A DNA stretch of 64,000 nucleotides from NCBI GenBank assembly GCA_965209155.1, contig OZ242383.1:3488001-3552000 (forward strand), read 5' to 3'. Below are positions 52,586 through 63,604 of the stretch, in pieces. Under the pieces are notes generated by a model. It was not told the origin of the DNA. It saw nothing but the letters and a program-made list of their open reading frames with translations, and searched no databases. How positions within the stretch are numbered: the stretch's first letter is position 1; each line of letters opens with the position of its first letter. Source of the stretch: a bacterium. Lineage in GTDB: Bacteria > SAR324 > NAC60-12. A program made the translations under genes and the position numbers.

Positions 52586-55177
52586 ATGAACCCACAAAAG
52601 ATGACGCAGCGAGTCTTAGAGGCGCTTGAAGGAGCCAATGCCGCGGCTATTCGCGGGAGAAACACGGAAATTTCGAATTGGCATTTATTGCAGGTGTTGT
52701 TGGAGCAGAAAGGCGGACTGCTTTCCAGGATGCTCGAGAAGATGGGTGAGGACGTTTCAGTCATGACGGAAGAGGTTCGTGGGAAGGTCAAGGAATTGCC
52801 TTCCATAATGAGAGGGGAAGCGCCCAGTCAAGTCTATGCCAGCGGAGGATTCAGCCAGACCTTGGTACGAGCAGAGGATGAAGCCCGGGCTTTCCAAGAT
52901 GAATACATCAGTGTCGAGCATATCTTTTTGGCATTGTTGGCGGAGGGGTCGAGAGGGGATGTTGGAAAATATTTCATACAAAAGGGCATTCAGCGTCAAG
53001 ACGTATTAGAGGTCTTGAAAGAGGTTCGAGGCAATCAACGCGTCAACTCCGCATACCCGGAGACAACCTACCAGGCCCTGGAGCAATACGGTAAAGACCT
53101 GACGCAGATGGCGCACCAGGGAAAATTGGATCCGGTGATAGGTCGGGACGATGAAATCCGCCGCGTGATCCAAGTCCTGTCCCGTCGTACGAAAAACAAT
53201 CCGGTTCTGATCGGGGAACCCGGGGTGGGGAAAACGGCCATTGTGGAAGGATTGGCGCAGCGGGTATCCCGTGGGGATATTCCGGAAAGTTTACGAGACA
53301 GGAAAATCATCGCGCTCGACATGGGAGCTTTGATTGCAGGAGCTAAATTCCGCGGAGAATTTGAAGAGCGCTTAAAAGCCGTTTTGCACGAAGTACAAAA
53401 ATCGGAAGGTAATTTGATACTCTTCATCGACGAATTGCACACCGTGGTTGGGACTGGTAAAGCAGAGGGGGCAATGGATGCCGGAAATCTCCTCAAACCC
53501 ATGTTGGCACGTGGTGAATTGCACTGCATCGGGGCAACAACCTTGGATGAGTATAAAAAATATATCGAAAAGGATCCTGCCTTGGAACGTCGTTTTCAAC
53601 AAGTACTGGTATCTCAACCGGACGTAACGGACAGCATTTCGATTTTGAGAGGATTGAAAGAACGATATGAAATCCACCATGGAGTGCGCATCAAAGACAG
53701 TGCATTGATTGCAGGCGCTACCCTCTCCCATCGATATATAAATGACCGCTTTCTTCCAGATAAAGCCATTGATTTAATTGATGAAGCTGCCGCGAAACTG
53801 AGAGTAGAAATTGATTCAATGCCCTCCGAAATGGATGAGATTTCCCGCCGTGTGCTCCAATTGGAAATTGAGCAGGAAGCCCTCAAGAAGGAGGAAGATT
53901 CTGCCTCCAAAGCGCGACTGGAACAGCACTCCAAAGAACTGGCAGAGTTGAAGAATCAGCTCGATGTCCTCACAATCCAGTGGAAAACAGAAAAAGAAGA
54001 ATTGCACCAGGTGAGAAATCTCAAAGAAGAGATAGAGCAAGTCCGTCTCAAAATTGAACAAGCCAAACGAGGGTACAACCTGGAAGAAGCCGCTCAACTC
54101 GAGTATGGAAAACTTCCCGAGTTGGAAAAGCGGCTTGAAAAATACCAACACGCAGAAGATTCAACGAAAACGCGTTTACTGAAGGAAGAAGTCGATGCGG
54201 AAGACGTGGCAGAGATTGTTGCCCGGTGGACAGGAATTCCCGTGCAAAAAATGCTGGAAGGGGAGTCGGAAAAGTTGTTGAAACTTCCCGAGCATCTGCA
54301 CCAACGTGTTATAGGTCAGGAAGAAGCCGTCCAAAGCGTTTCAGATGCCGTCCTTCGCGCGCGTTCCGGCATTAAAGACCCCATGCGTCCCATTGGAAGT
54401 TTTATTTTTTTGGGTTCAACCGGGGTTGGTAAAACAGAATTGGCACGAGCCTTGGCGGAATTTTTATTCGATGACGAGCAGAACATGATCCGCATCGATA
54501 TGTCGGAGTATATGGAAAAGCATGCAGTCGCGCGATTGATTGGCGCCCCTCCGGGTTACGTGGGGTACGAAGAGGGTGGGCAATTGACCGAAGCAGTGCG
54601 CCGTCGCCCTTACAGCGTTGTTTTGTTTGATGAAATTGAAAAAGCCCACCATGACGTCTTCCATGTTTTGTTGCAACTGATGGATGACGGACGTTTGACG
54701 GATTCCCAAGGAAGAACTGTTGATTTTAAAAACACGTTGGTCATCATGACTTCCAACCTGGGAAATCATTTACTTAGAGGAAAGGCATCTCCTGATTTTT
54801 CTACGGCAAGGAATGCAGTGGAACAAGAGTTGCGCAGACATTTCAAACCGGAGTTTCTCAATCGCGTTGATGACGTCATTCTCTTTCATCCCCTTGAACG
54901 GGAGCAGATCAAAGCCATTGTAGCTATTCAATTGCATTCGCTGCAGAAAAGGTTGTCGAATCGTCGAATCCAACTGCTTCTCAGTGAGCGAGCAACCGCT
55001 TTATTGGCGGAGCTGGGATTCGACCCCGTCTACGGAGCGAGACCCTTGAAACGAGCGATTCAAAACGAGATCGAAACTCCCCTGGCCAGGGAAATCCTCG
55101 CGGGAACCATCATGGATGGTCAACAAATTCTCGCGGATGTCGAGAAAGGAGCGATCGTCTTCCACAAAGAGAATTGA
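52586..55177 (+). CDS. clpB: ATP-dependent chaperone ClpB
   Basis: Two AAA+ modules ([16 protein letters not shown]), coiled-coil M domain, GARPLKR. Confidence 0.97.
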   Translation: MNPQKMTQRVLEALEGANAAAIRGRNTEISNWHLLQVLLEQKGGLLSRMLEKMGEDVSVMTEEVRGKVKELPSIMRGEAPSQVYASGGFSQTLVRAEDEARAFQDEYISVEHIFLALLAEGSRGDVGKYFIQKGIQRQDVLEVLKEVRGNQRVNSAYPETTYQALEQYGKDLTQMAHQGKLDPVIGRDDEIRRVIQVLSRRTKNNPVLIGEPGVGKTAIVEGLAQRVSRGDIPESLRDRKIIALDMGALIAGAKFRGEFEERLKAVLHEVQKSEGNLILFIDELHTVVGTGKAEGAMDAGNLLKPMLARGELHCIGATTLDEYKKYIEKDPALERRFQQVLVSQPDVTDSISILRGLKERYEIHHGVRIKDSALIAGATLSHRYINDRFLPDKAIDLIDEAAAKLRVEIDSMPSEMDEISRRVLQLEIEQEALKKEEDSASKARLEQHSKELAELKNQLDVLTIQWKTEKEELHQVRNLKEEIEQVRLKIEQAKRGYNLEEAAQLEYGKLPELEKRLEKYQHAEDSTKTRLLKEEVDAEDVAEIVARWTGIPVQKMLEGESEKLLKLPEHLHQRVIGQEEAVQSVSDAVLRARSGIKDPMRPIGSFIFLGSTGVGKTELARALAEFLFDDEQNMIRIDMSEYMEKHAVARLIGAPPGYVGYEEGGQLTEAVRRRPYSVVLFDEIEKAHHDVFHVLLQLMDDGRLTDSQGRTVDFKNTLVIMTSNLGNHLLRGKASPDFSTARNAVEQELRRHFKPEFLNRVDDVILFHPLEREQIKAIVAIQLHSLQKRLSNRRIQLLLSERATALLAELGFDPVYGARPLKRAIQNEIETPLAREILAGTIMDGQQILADVEKGAIVFHKEN

Positions 55178-55209
55178 AACCGAAACATAAGAAGATGGTA
55201 TTGGCTGGT

Positions 55210-55536
55210 TCAACGTGCCATTTGGTCGTATTTTTCACCGGGAAGTTCTTCATCTTCTAAACTGGACATTCGGTTTCCTGCTTGCGTCTTGGATTTCCAG
55301 TTGTCCGTTAAACTCACAGCTTCCTCCCGCAGGTCGGCAACCTGACGCAGGGTATAGCTGTATTGGCGGCACACTTCCATCAAACGACCGCCCGGGATGA
55401 ACTCGGGAGAATTCTGAAAATCCTCGAATTCTTCAACCGGCATGATATAAACGTGACGCATTGCCTCGGGAGAGAGATATATAATGGGATTATCATCCGA
55501 TTCCTGTAATGCATTCCATCGGGGAAGCCAACTCAT
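55210..55536 (-). CDS. Hypothetical protein
   Basis: 108-aa ORF with AGGAG RBS. Confidence 0.6.
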   Translation of the reverse strand: MSWLPRWNALQESDDNPIIYLSPEAMRHVYIMPVEEFEDFQNSPEFIPGGRLMEVCRQYSYTLRQVADLREEAVSLTDNWKSKTQAGNRMSSLEDEELPGEKYDQMAR

Positions 55537-55648
55537 AATTGCACTCCTGCTGTAGTATAGGGTCTCATCTTCTTTCTTCCCATGATCACCATGATGCTAA
55601 GAACTTGCTAGAAATATGCCATTTTTTGCAGTTCCATTCGTGAAAAGT

Positions 55649-56587
55649 CTACAGCTTCATCTGTCCGTCGATCACCGCTCGTTTTTCGCTGTCGGACATA
55701 GTTTCCCAGTTTTTACGAAACCGGTAGCGGACGGGACCGGATTTCTCTTGCCAACCCATCGTATCGTCATAATTCATCAGTTGCCGGAACCGGTCGTCGT
55801 TTCGTGACAGCATTTCTTCGCTGAGACGACCATGAAAGTTTTCCTGGATGCGGTAATGCCTGCCACAGTAATCCGCGTTGACCGATAAGCGCAGGCCGGG
55901 ATTGACCCGGGGAAAGGCGCCGTGCCAGAGATTGCCATGAAAAACAAGCACGGATCCGGCAGGCGCTTCCACCGCAACCGCATCCTCGACACCCTCCATC
56001 GGTTTTGGATGCCGGCAAAGCTTATGGGAACCGGGTATGATGCATAATGCGCCGTTGTCTTTGGTGTAGTCGGTGAGAATCCAATTGCTGTTGCACTTGT
56101 GCACTCCAACGGCAGGCAACACCGGGCCTGGATACAATATCGTATCGTCGTGGAGTCCCAGGTTTTTTCCATAACCATCAGGATCCTGCCATTTGATGAA
56201 ACTGCTCAACGAAGACAACTGACAGTCCACTCCAAGAAAGTATTCGATCAAAGGTAAAGTCATCGGGTGTTGCACGACCTCCTCGAAGACCGGGTCTTCT
56301 TCAAAAAAAGTAAAGAGGATGTACTGGCTGTTGTTGGTGCCTTCTCCAATCAGGGTGCCGTGCTCGCCGGTTTCGATATCGTGTTTGACGCCAGTTCGTT
56401 CTTCCGCGATTCTCAGGATAGCAGCCCGCATGCGCTCCAGCAGGGAGTTTCCTCCTATTTTTTCTGGTGGAATCACGGTCAATCCATAAGATTCCAGCTC
56501 TTCCAGGTGCCCCAAGAGCCCCCGTTCTTTAATCCGTTGGTAGGCGGGAGAGATAGTTTTCAGTTGAGACCAGTGTTTTGTGCTCAT
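55649..56587 (-). CDS. Phytanoyl-CoA dioxygenase (PhyH) family protein
   Basis: HxD (LHDD), NGALCIIPGSHK and GNLWHGA motifs. Confidence 0.88.
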   Translation of the reverse strand: MSTKHWSQLKTISPAYQRIKERGLLGHLEELESYGLTVIPPEKIGGNSLLERMRAAILRIAEERTGVKHDIETGEHGTLIGEGTNNSQYILFTFFEEDPVFEEVVQHPMTLPLIEYFLGVDCQLSSLSSFIKWQDPDGYGKNLGLHDDTILYPGPVLPAVGVHKCNSNWILTDYTKDNGALCIIPGSHKLCRHPKPMEGVEDAVAVEAPAGSVLVFHGNLWHGAFPRVNPGLRLSVNADYCGRHYRIQENFHGRLSEEMLSRNDDRFRQLMNYDDTMGWQEKSGPVRYRFRKNWETMSDSEKRAVIDGQMKL

Positions 56588-56604
56588 GAGTTTCTTCCTG
56601 TTTC

Positions 56605-57599
56605 TTATGCCTCTTTCGGGGTAACGGCTTGTTTCAGACGCTCCTTCATGGCAACTGTGGCTTCTTCTGTACCTTCGTGCCAGGTGTCAAACCAGTGATC
56701 AAATGGTGTATCGGGTGCCCCATAGTTACATTCGAAGTAGCGATGGTGCAGGAAATGAAAATTGTCATGGAATTTGTAAGCTTTCTGACCAATCACGATT
56801 TTCTCAAACCCGCTGTGTCCCCACACCGGAGCGAGACCGGTGTGCTGGGCATGGAACAACGCATGCACCGGATGAGAAGGAATGATCCAGTGGAGAGCAA
56901 CCCCGGAAAAGTAGATCAAGTGCTCTATAGGGTGCATCGAGAGACCGGACCAGGGACCAGTGTTGGTATACTTATGATGCAGGTAGTGAGCGATCCTGTA
57001 GAGGGGTTTCCAGTGGGTCCACCTGTGGGTAAAATAAAAATGATGCGCCCGGATGAAGGGAATCGCAATGAAAAGCAAAGTACAATAGATGGGAGATTCC
57101 AGCCAGTTTACCGGGAAAAGCATATATCCGTTGGCAAACATCCAGTAGGTCACTGCCTCATAGAGCGTCCAGATACCACATCCACTGACGATCCCCCAAA
57201 ACATATTTTCCTTCGTCTGGTCACGAAATAGAAAGACGGAATTGTTCTTTTCCGGCCAATTGAATTGAACTTGAATCGGGTCCCTTGAGCTTTGCGGATA
57301 TAAAACCAATAATGCATGGCCCCATTGAGTAAACACAAGAGAACCACATTCCGAAGGTAGAGTATCAAAATCCAATCCAAGGCAAAGGTTTTCATGGTCG
57401 CCATGCTGGGAGTCAGAAAAAACCAGGTGACGAGGGGAATCCCAAAATGAAAAAGGCTGATAGGACTGAAGAGGTAACTTTTCAGCCACTTGAGCGTCTC
57501 CCGAAGTCGAATGGGCCAGAGAAACAACCCTGTCAATTTGACCGGTTCGGGTTTCCATTCCTCATACGCTTCTGGACGGGGTATAGTGGAATCTGTCAT
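56605..57599 (-). pseudogene. Sterol desaturase / fatty acid hydroxylase family gene with an apparent 1-bp frameshift near 57260
   Basis: His boxes HFYFTHR, HYLHH, HPIE and HFLHH in the 3' frame; N-terminal half in another frame; one added A restores ..RFKFNSNWPEKNN.. Confidence 0.8.
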
Positions 57600-57618
57600 T
57601 TGCATTTCCTTTCAATAG

Positions 57619-57776
57619 GCGAATCAGGAGTTAAAAAACGTGTCATTCCTGAGAAGCTTGTCCTCGCTAAACTTGTCCTCGCGAAAGCGGGGAGCGGGGA
57701 GCGGGGAGCAGGAATCCAGGGGTATGCAACCAGACAGAAATCTGGATCCTCGCTCCCTGCTCCCGCGAGGATGACA
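57619..57776. repeat. Nested REP-like palindromic element with a 33-bp leader shared with 62444-62476
   Basis: GCGAATCAGGAGTTAAAAAACGTGTCATTCCTG, then CTTGTCCTCGC x2, (G)CGGGGAG x3, CAGGAATCCAG...GATGACA. Confidence 0.78.
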
Positions 57777-57956
57777 TATACGCTTGGATACTCCTATATT
57801 AAGATATAGGTCAAACTCTGGTAAAAATACCACAGAAAAATAAAAAGTATATTCCTTTTTTAGGAATCAATGCTACAATTTATCCTCAGGCTCATATGAT
57901 ATTCAAGAGAATACTGTTCGGTCTTTCTTGCGGATTCCCTCACCTGACAGGCCCCA

Positions 57957-58517
57957 ATGCGTATACCAATCCCTCTTGCCCTGTTATTTTTATGTTTTCT
58001 GTTTTTTTGCCCCGTATCCGGCCAGGCTGATCAGAATGATCCGGAATTGGTTATACTTTTTAAGCGATTGCATGACCTTCCGGGACGATTTGAAACCCGC
58101 AGAATCGAATCAAGAATATGGGAAATCTGGATCGAGCATGAGCGCAGGGACGTGAATGAACTGATGCGTCAAGGCATACGCGCCTTGCGCATTGGCCATT
58201 ATCGAACGGCTTTGTTTTTTTTCGATAAAATCGTCAAACTGGTCCCCGAATTCGCGGAAGGTTGGAACAAGCGCGCCACCGTGCATTATTATCTGCAAAA
58301 CTATGAAGCGTCGCTTGCGGATATTGAACGCACCCTGGCACTGGAACCTCGACACTTTGGCGCGATTTCCGGACTGGGACTGGTCTATATAGCTCAAGAA
58401 AAATATATGGAAGCTCTACAAGCATATGAAGACGTACTGAAAGTCCATCCCACGCTGGAGGGCGCAAAAATTAACAGCATCAGGTTGCGGGAAATGCTCG
58501 AGAAACAAATACTTTGA
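57957..58517 (+). CDS. Exported tetratricopeptide repeat protein
   Basis: Signal peptide; PEFAEGWNKRA and LEPRHFGA TPR patterns. Confidence 0.85.
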   Translation: MRIPIPLALLFLCFLFFCPVSGQADQNDPELVILFKRLHDLPGRFETRRIESRIWEIWIEHERRDVNELMRQGIRALRIGHYRTALFFFDKIVKLVPEFAEGWNKRATVHYYLQNYEASLADIERTLALEPRHFGAISGLGLVYIAQEKYMEALQAYEDVLKVHPTLEGAKINSIRLREMLEKQIL

Positions 58518-58670
58518 ATTCCTACGAGAACCGTCCCTTTTTTACGCACCTCTTGACCAGCTTGAGGTTATCGCCGGAATTCCCAACCGGATGAGATCTC
58601 GAGCTTTATTTCTCAACCGGCCGTAGCAGGAATCCGGAAAGAGTTAAATTCTCCAAATGGAGTCGATTGT

Positions 58671-59651
58671 TTATGCAGGGGTCCAGGCGAGGGCTCGGAT
58701 CTCACCGAAGGTGCGCCGTAGTAAATCCCAACTGTCTCCTCCATCCGTGGAGAGGAATATTTGTCCAAACACGGTATAGGCATAAATTCGATTCGGATCG
58801 GAAGGATGGACGGCGAAATCCCAAACGGTCGAATTCGGTTCAACAGGCAGGTCCAGTTTCTGCCAGCTTTTTCCAGCATCTTGCGAACGCCAACCCGCCC
58901 CATAAGATCCTGGAGGGGCATCCCCATTTCCCATGAATAGTACTTCAGGACGACCCGGCATTTCTTTGATCCCCCGGCAATAGGTCCAGGGGAAATCCTT
59001 ATTGACGTTTTGTGGATGCCAGCTTTCTCCATCGTCCGTGCTCAGGTTCAAATTGTTATCCGTCACCACCAACAGCGATTGGGCGCTGCCGTTTCCCGGC
59101 ACGATGGCCATCCCGTGGATGTCCAGCGAGGACAAGCCGTCGATGAATTGAGTCCATGTTTTACCACTGTCGTCACTGCGGTACAATCCGTCGATTTCCA
59201 CCCCGGCCCAGACTCGACCCGGGATATAGGGATCGGGTTTCAGGACGGTTACCCGGTTGTGTACGATATAGTCGCAATGCTGGTTCATTCCGACATTGAG
59301 ACACTCCCAAGTATCGCCTCCGTCCGTAGAACGAAACAAATCCGGCGGCCAGGTTCCTGCCAGCACGACCTGGGGATCGTCCGGTAAAATGGCCAGGGAC
59401 CAAATCGCGCGGTCGTCCATGCCACTGTCGAGCCGGTGCCACTCTTCCCCTCCATCCGTCGTACGCATGCAACCTTCATTGGTGCCCGCGAATAGTATCC
59501 GAGGATTGTCGGGATGCACCGCCAACGCCCGCACTTCGCATTCTACGTATATGTCGGGAGACATATTCACGTTCCAGTTATGTCCCCCATTCACGCTGCG
59601 CCATACGAATTGACCGATGGCACCTATGTATACTCTGGTATTGTCATTCAT
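58671..59651 (-). CDS. BNR/Asp-box (WD40/YVTN-like) beta-propeller protein
   Basis: Multiple S/TxDxGxxW Asp-box repeats. Confidence 0.85.
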   Translation of the reverse strand: MNDNTRVYIGAIGQFVWRSVNGGHNWNVNMSPDIYVECEVRALAVHPDNPRILFAGTNEGCMRTTDGGEEWHRLDSGMDDRAIWSLAILPDDPQVVLAGTWPPDLFRSTDGGDTWECLNVGMNQHCDYIVHNRVTVLKPDPYIPGRVWAGVEIDGLYRSDDSGKTWTQFIDGLSSLDIHGMAIVPGNGSAQSLLVVTDNNLNLSTDDGESWHPQNVNKDFPWTYCRGIKEMPGRPEVLFMGNGDAPPGSYGAGWRSQDAGKSWQKLDLPVEPNSTVWDFAVHPSDPNRIYAYTVFGQIFLSTDGGDSWDLLRRTFGEIRALAWTPA

Positions 59652-59882
59652 GATTATCTCCTCTAATTTCTTAATAATCTTTTTGAAAATATCTTTAATA
59701 GCCCCCTGCATTGGAGTTGTCAAGAAAATTCAACCGGGGGTACGATTTTCTTTAAAAAATTCTTCCCCTCCGTCCGATTCAATTACTCCGACTGTATTTT
59801 TTCTTGACTTCTCCCAGTCGAGGGGTTATCAAAGCATTCCATACGAACCAAATTCATTTTGTTTACTGATGAAAGGTTACCG

Positions 59883-61151
59883 ATGAACGAAAAAATCAAA
59901 GGGGGATTGGATTTGCAACGGCTCCGGAGGATCAATCCGATCATGGAAAATTATATAGCCAACACCCACTTACCGGGAATAGTAACTCTGCTTTATCGCA
60001 AGGGGGACCTGGCGTACCAACAGGCATTTGGTTACCTGGACCTGGAACAACGTCACCCTTTAACCAACGATGCCATATTTCGCATCTATTCCATGACCAA
60101 ACCTATCACCTGCGTCGCCCTGTTAATGCTTTACGAGCAAGGAAAATTCCAACTTTTCGATCCGGTTTCCTGGTACATTCCCGATTTTAGTAAGTTAAAA
60201 GTTTTTAGCGACGAAATGAGGCACCGCCGCAACCAGGTCAATAAACGAATCGTGTTCCGCGACTCGAACTTGGTTGATCCAAACCGGGAAGTGACGATCT
60301 GCGATTTGCTGACCCATACTTCCGGATTGACATATACGTTTTTGGAATATGGCCCGGTCGAAGAGATGTACCGGGAAAATGGGATCGCTTCCGAAAAACC
60401 TCTGGAAGAATTCGTAGCCGATTTGCTGCAGGTGCCTTTGGCATTTCATCCGGGTTCCGAATGGCGCTACAGTTTTTCTCATGATGTGGTCGCCCGCTTG
60501 ATCGAGGTGCTGAGTGATCAGCCTTTGGACCAATTTCTCGACGAAAAGATTTTCCAACCCCTGAACATGCCTGACACTGCCTTTTATGTCCCTGAGGAAA
60601 AACACGATCGATTTGTTTCATTGATTGGCGTAGGCGACTCCGGGATTTCCAAATCGAGCAGGACCTGGGAATTGGCGGACCAAAATCAAATTCGCACCTT
60701 ATCCAAACCGGAAAAAGATCTGGAATTCCACAAGCATGGGATTTTCCGGGGCGGCCATGGTCTGGTCTCCACTGCAGCCGATTACCTGCAATTCTGTCGG
60801 ATGCTCCTCAATCAGGGAGAGTTGGAAGGAGAAAGGATTTTGGGGAGAAAAACCATTGAATTGATGACCACCAATCATCTTCCCCCGTCATTATTGCCCT
60901 TCGATATCAACGGCAATGTATTTAAGGGTTATGGTTATGGTTTGGGAGTGCGAGTCCTTATTGATGTGGGACGGAGTCAGTTACCCGGATCTTTGGGTGA
61001 ATATGGCTGGGGTGGTGCGGCTTCAACTTACTTTTGGATCGATCCCAGGGAAGAGTTTATCGGCATTATCCTTTCTCAATTGATGCCGGAAGGGTATTAT
61101 GCAGTCAGTGATGATTTCCGCGTTCTGGCCTATCAAGCCATTGTTGACTGA
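59883..61151 (+). CDS. Serine hydrolase, beta-lactamase family
   Basis: FRIYSMTK, LLTHTSG, WRYS and WGGAASTYFWIDP motifs. Confidence 0.92.
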   Translation: MNEKIKGGLDLQRLRRINPIMENYIANTHLPGIVTLLYRKGDLAYQQAFGYLDLEQRHPLTNDAIFRIYSMTKPITCVALLMLYEQGKFQLFDPVSWYIPDFSKLKVFSDEMRHRRNQVNKRIVFRDSNLVDPNREVTICDLLTHTSGLTYTFLEYGPVEEMYRENGIASEKPLEEFVADLLQVPLAFHPGSEWRYSFSHDVVARLIEVLSDQPLDQFLDEKIFQPLNMPDTAFYVPEEKHDRFVSLIGVGDSGISKSSRTWELADQNQIRTLSKPEKDLEFHKHGIFRGGHGLVSTAADYLQFCRMLLNQGELEGERILGRKTIELMTTNHLPPSLLPFDINGNVFKGYGYGLGVRVLIDVGRSQLPGSLGEYGWGGAASTYFWIDPREEFIGIILSQLMPEGYYAVSDDFRVLAYQAIVD

Positions 61152-61204
61152 ATTGAGAAACATGTTCAATACGACCTTTAGCAATAAAAATTAATAACGC
61201 AATT

Positions 61205-62227
61205 ATGAAATCCGTGGATGAACTGAAAACCTGGTTAGCGCAAGTCAAGGAAGACATTGTCGATCCCGAAAGACGGATGGTCGATGCCCACCATCACTTG
61301 TGGCGCAAGGATCATCGTCGTGAACAATACCTCGTGGAAGACTTGTGGGAAGATACGGAGAGTGGCCACCACATTGAGCAAACCGTCTTCGTCGAATGCA
61401 GGGCGGATTATTTCACGGAGGGGCCCACCATGATGAGACCGGTGGGAGAGACAGAATTTGTTGCGCAAGCGATTGAACAGACTCACTCCAATCCCGGTGC
61501 AGCTCAGGTAGGCGCCATTGTCGGCCATGCCGATTTGACTCGAGGCGCAGCGATTCAAGAAGTTTTACAAGCTCACATTGATGCAGGGAAAGGATGGTTT
61601 CGGGGAATTCGCCACCATGGCAGTTGGAGCGCGAGTGAAGCCATTGAAAATTCCCATCTCGATATTCCACCCAATCTTTACACCAATCCAAAATTCCAGG
61701 AAGGATTTGCTTGCCTGGCACCATTGGGACTGAGTTTCGACGCCTGGTTGTATCACCCCGATATTCCTGATGTAACAGAACTCGCCCTGAAATTTCCGGA
61801 AACGACTATCATCCTGGACCACTTGGGAGCTCCCCTCGGAATCGGCCCCTATGCCAAATATCGTGATGAAGTTTTTCACAAGTGGAAACAAGATATAACC
61901 AATCTCGCCCGGTGCGCAAACGTGTTCGCAAAACTCGGTGGTATGGCTATGCCCATCAATGGATTTGGCTGGAATATGGCGGAAAAACCTGCCACTTCTG
62001 AGGAAATCGTATCAGCCCACAGTCCTTATTACCTGCATATGATCGAAATCTTCGGCCCCGAGCGTTGTTTGTTCGAAAGTAATTTTCCCGTAGAAAAAGT
62101 CTCGCTTTCTTATCACGTGCTCTGGAATGCCTTTAAAAAGATTGCAGCCCGTTTTTCCGAATCCGAACAGGATTCCCTCTTACGGGGCACTGCCGTGCGG
62201 GTCTACCGTATGGAGGAGAGACCATGA
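61205..62227 (+). CDS. Amidohydrolase family 2 protein
   Basis: DAHHHLW, RGIRH, LDHLG and FESNFPV motifs. Confidence 0.92.
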   Translation: MKSVDELKTWLAQVKEDIVDPERRMVDAHHHLWRKDHRREQYLVEDLWEDTESGHHIEQTVFVECRADYFTEGPTMMRPVGETEFVAQAIEQTHSNPGAAQVGAIVGHADLTRGAAIQEVLQAHIDAGKGWFRGIRHHGSWSASEAIENSHLDIPPNLYTNPKFQEGFACLAPLGLSFDAWLYHPDIPDVTELALKFPETTIILDHLGAPLGIGPYAKYRDEVFHKWKQDITNLARCANVFAKLGGMAMPINGFGWNMAEKPATSEEIVSAHSPYYLHMIEIFGPERCLFESNFPVEKVSLSYHVLWNAFKKIAARFSESEQDSLLRGTAVRVYRMEERP

Positions 62228-62443
62228 TTGATTTTACCGGGACAGGAAGGATCCGAATTGTTTATGAAACAACCACGAATTATATGCTAATATCAGACAT
62301 TGCCAGGCAGTCGGTCGAGGGAACGGTCAGGGAAGCGGGAATGGCGTTTTTTCAGAGTTGATCCGGGTGTTGGTCGCCATAATCCCGGAAAATTCTCAAT
62401 AATGTATTAAAACAGGAAATTCTCAATATTGTATAAAGAAGAT

Positions 62444-62533
62444 GCGAATCAGGAGTTAAAAAACGTGTCATTCCTGGCTTGACCAGGAATCCAGGGAAAT
62501 ACGGGCGAGTTTGGATGCCGGATCATGCTGACA
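62444..62533. repeat. REP-like palindromic element
   Basis: 33-bp leader identical to 57619-57651, then TTCCTGG-CTTGA-CCAGGAA hairpin ... GCCGGATCA..TGACA. Confidence 0.7.
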
Positions 62534-62608
62534 CATCAATAATATAATATTTTTGATTTTATATATTAAATTTCAATATTTGATTCGCATAAAAGAAGAA
62601 AGGAATCA

Positions 62609-63604
62609 ATGAGTTCGAAGGAAAAACCCAGAGTAGTTGTTTCGTTACCCCTTGAAGATGACCTCAAATCTCAAATTGAGGAAGTCTGCGAAGTCAAATA
62701 TGTAGACATCCGTGCGTCACGCGCCGAATTGCTGGCAGCAATTCAGAACGTGGTGGGGGTGCTCGGAACGCCACTGATCACCGTCGATGACGAATTTTTC
62801 GACACTGCGCCTGAATTGAAAGTATTTTCCACGCAAAGCGTGGGATACGACCCCGTCGACGTTCCCGAAGCAACGCGACGCGGGGTGCTGATCGGTCACA
62901 CGCCAGGAGTGCTCAACAACGCGGTGGCGAATTTGACCATGACGATGATCCTCGGGCTGGCTCAAAAACTGTTTCAACACGAGCCTTTCGTCCGCAGTGG
63001 GGGATGGGCTCGCAAAGAGACTCCTCCAGGTCTGGGGATCGACGTGCAAGGCAAGACCCTGGGAGTGATTGGCTTTGGCCGTATCGGACAAGAGGTCACT
63101 CGTCGTATGCAAGCGCTGAATATGCGAACCATCTGGTACGATGTGTTTGACAATTTACCGCCAGGGGCCCCCGATTGTGAATACCGGTCCCTGGATGCCT
63201 TGCTGGCAGAGTCCGACTTTGTCAGCTTGCATACCAACCTGGACGAATCGACTCGTCATCTCATTGGAGCAGCGGAATTGAGTAAGATGAAACCCACGGC
63301 GTACCTGGTCAATACGGCGCGGGGAGGATTGGTAGATCAAGTTGCCTTGACCAAAACATTGGAAAAAGGCAAGATTGCCGGTGCGGCACTCGACGTCTTT
63401 GAAAGAGAACCCAATGACCCGGACGATCCCATCGTACGGTTGCCCAATGTGATCTGTTTCCCCCACATTGGCAGCGCTACTCACGAAACTCGCCGCGCCA
63501 TGCGTGAGTTGGCGGTCAAAAACCTGTTGAACGGGGTCCTCGGTGAAAAACTGCCTGCCGCAGTCAATCCCGAGGCACTCCACAAAATAAAGGAGAAAAA
63601 ATGA
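62609..63604 (+). CDS. D-isomer 2-hydroxyacid dehydrogenase (glyoxylate/hydroxypyruvate reductase-like)
   Basis: SVGYD, GFGRIG, NTARGG, DVFEREP and PHIGSAT motifs. Confidence 0.92.
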   Translation: MSSKEKPRVVVSLPLEDDLKSQIEEVCEVKYVDIRASRAELLAAIQNVVGVLGTPLITVDDEFFDTAPELKVFSTQSVGYDPVDVPEATRRGVLIGHTPGVLNNAVANLTMTMILGLAQKLFQHEPFVRSGGWARKETPPGLGIDVQGKTLGVIGFGRIGQEVTRRMQALNMRTIWYDVFDNLPPGAPDCEYRSLDALLAESDFVSLHTNLDESTRHLIGAAELSKMKPTAYLVNTARGGLVDQVALTKTLEKGKIAGAALDVFEREPNDPDDPIVRLPNVICFPHIGSATHETRRAMRELAVKNLLNGVLGEKLPAAVNPEALHKIKEKK

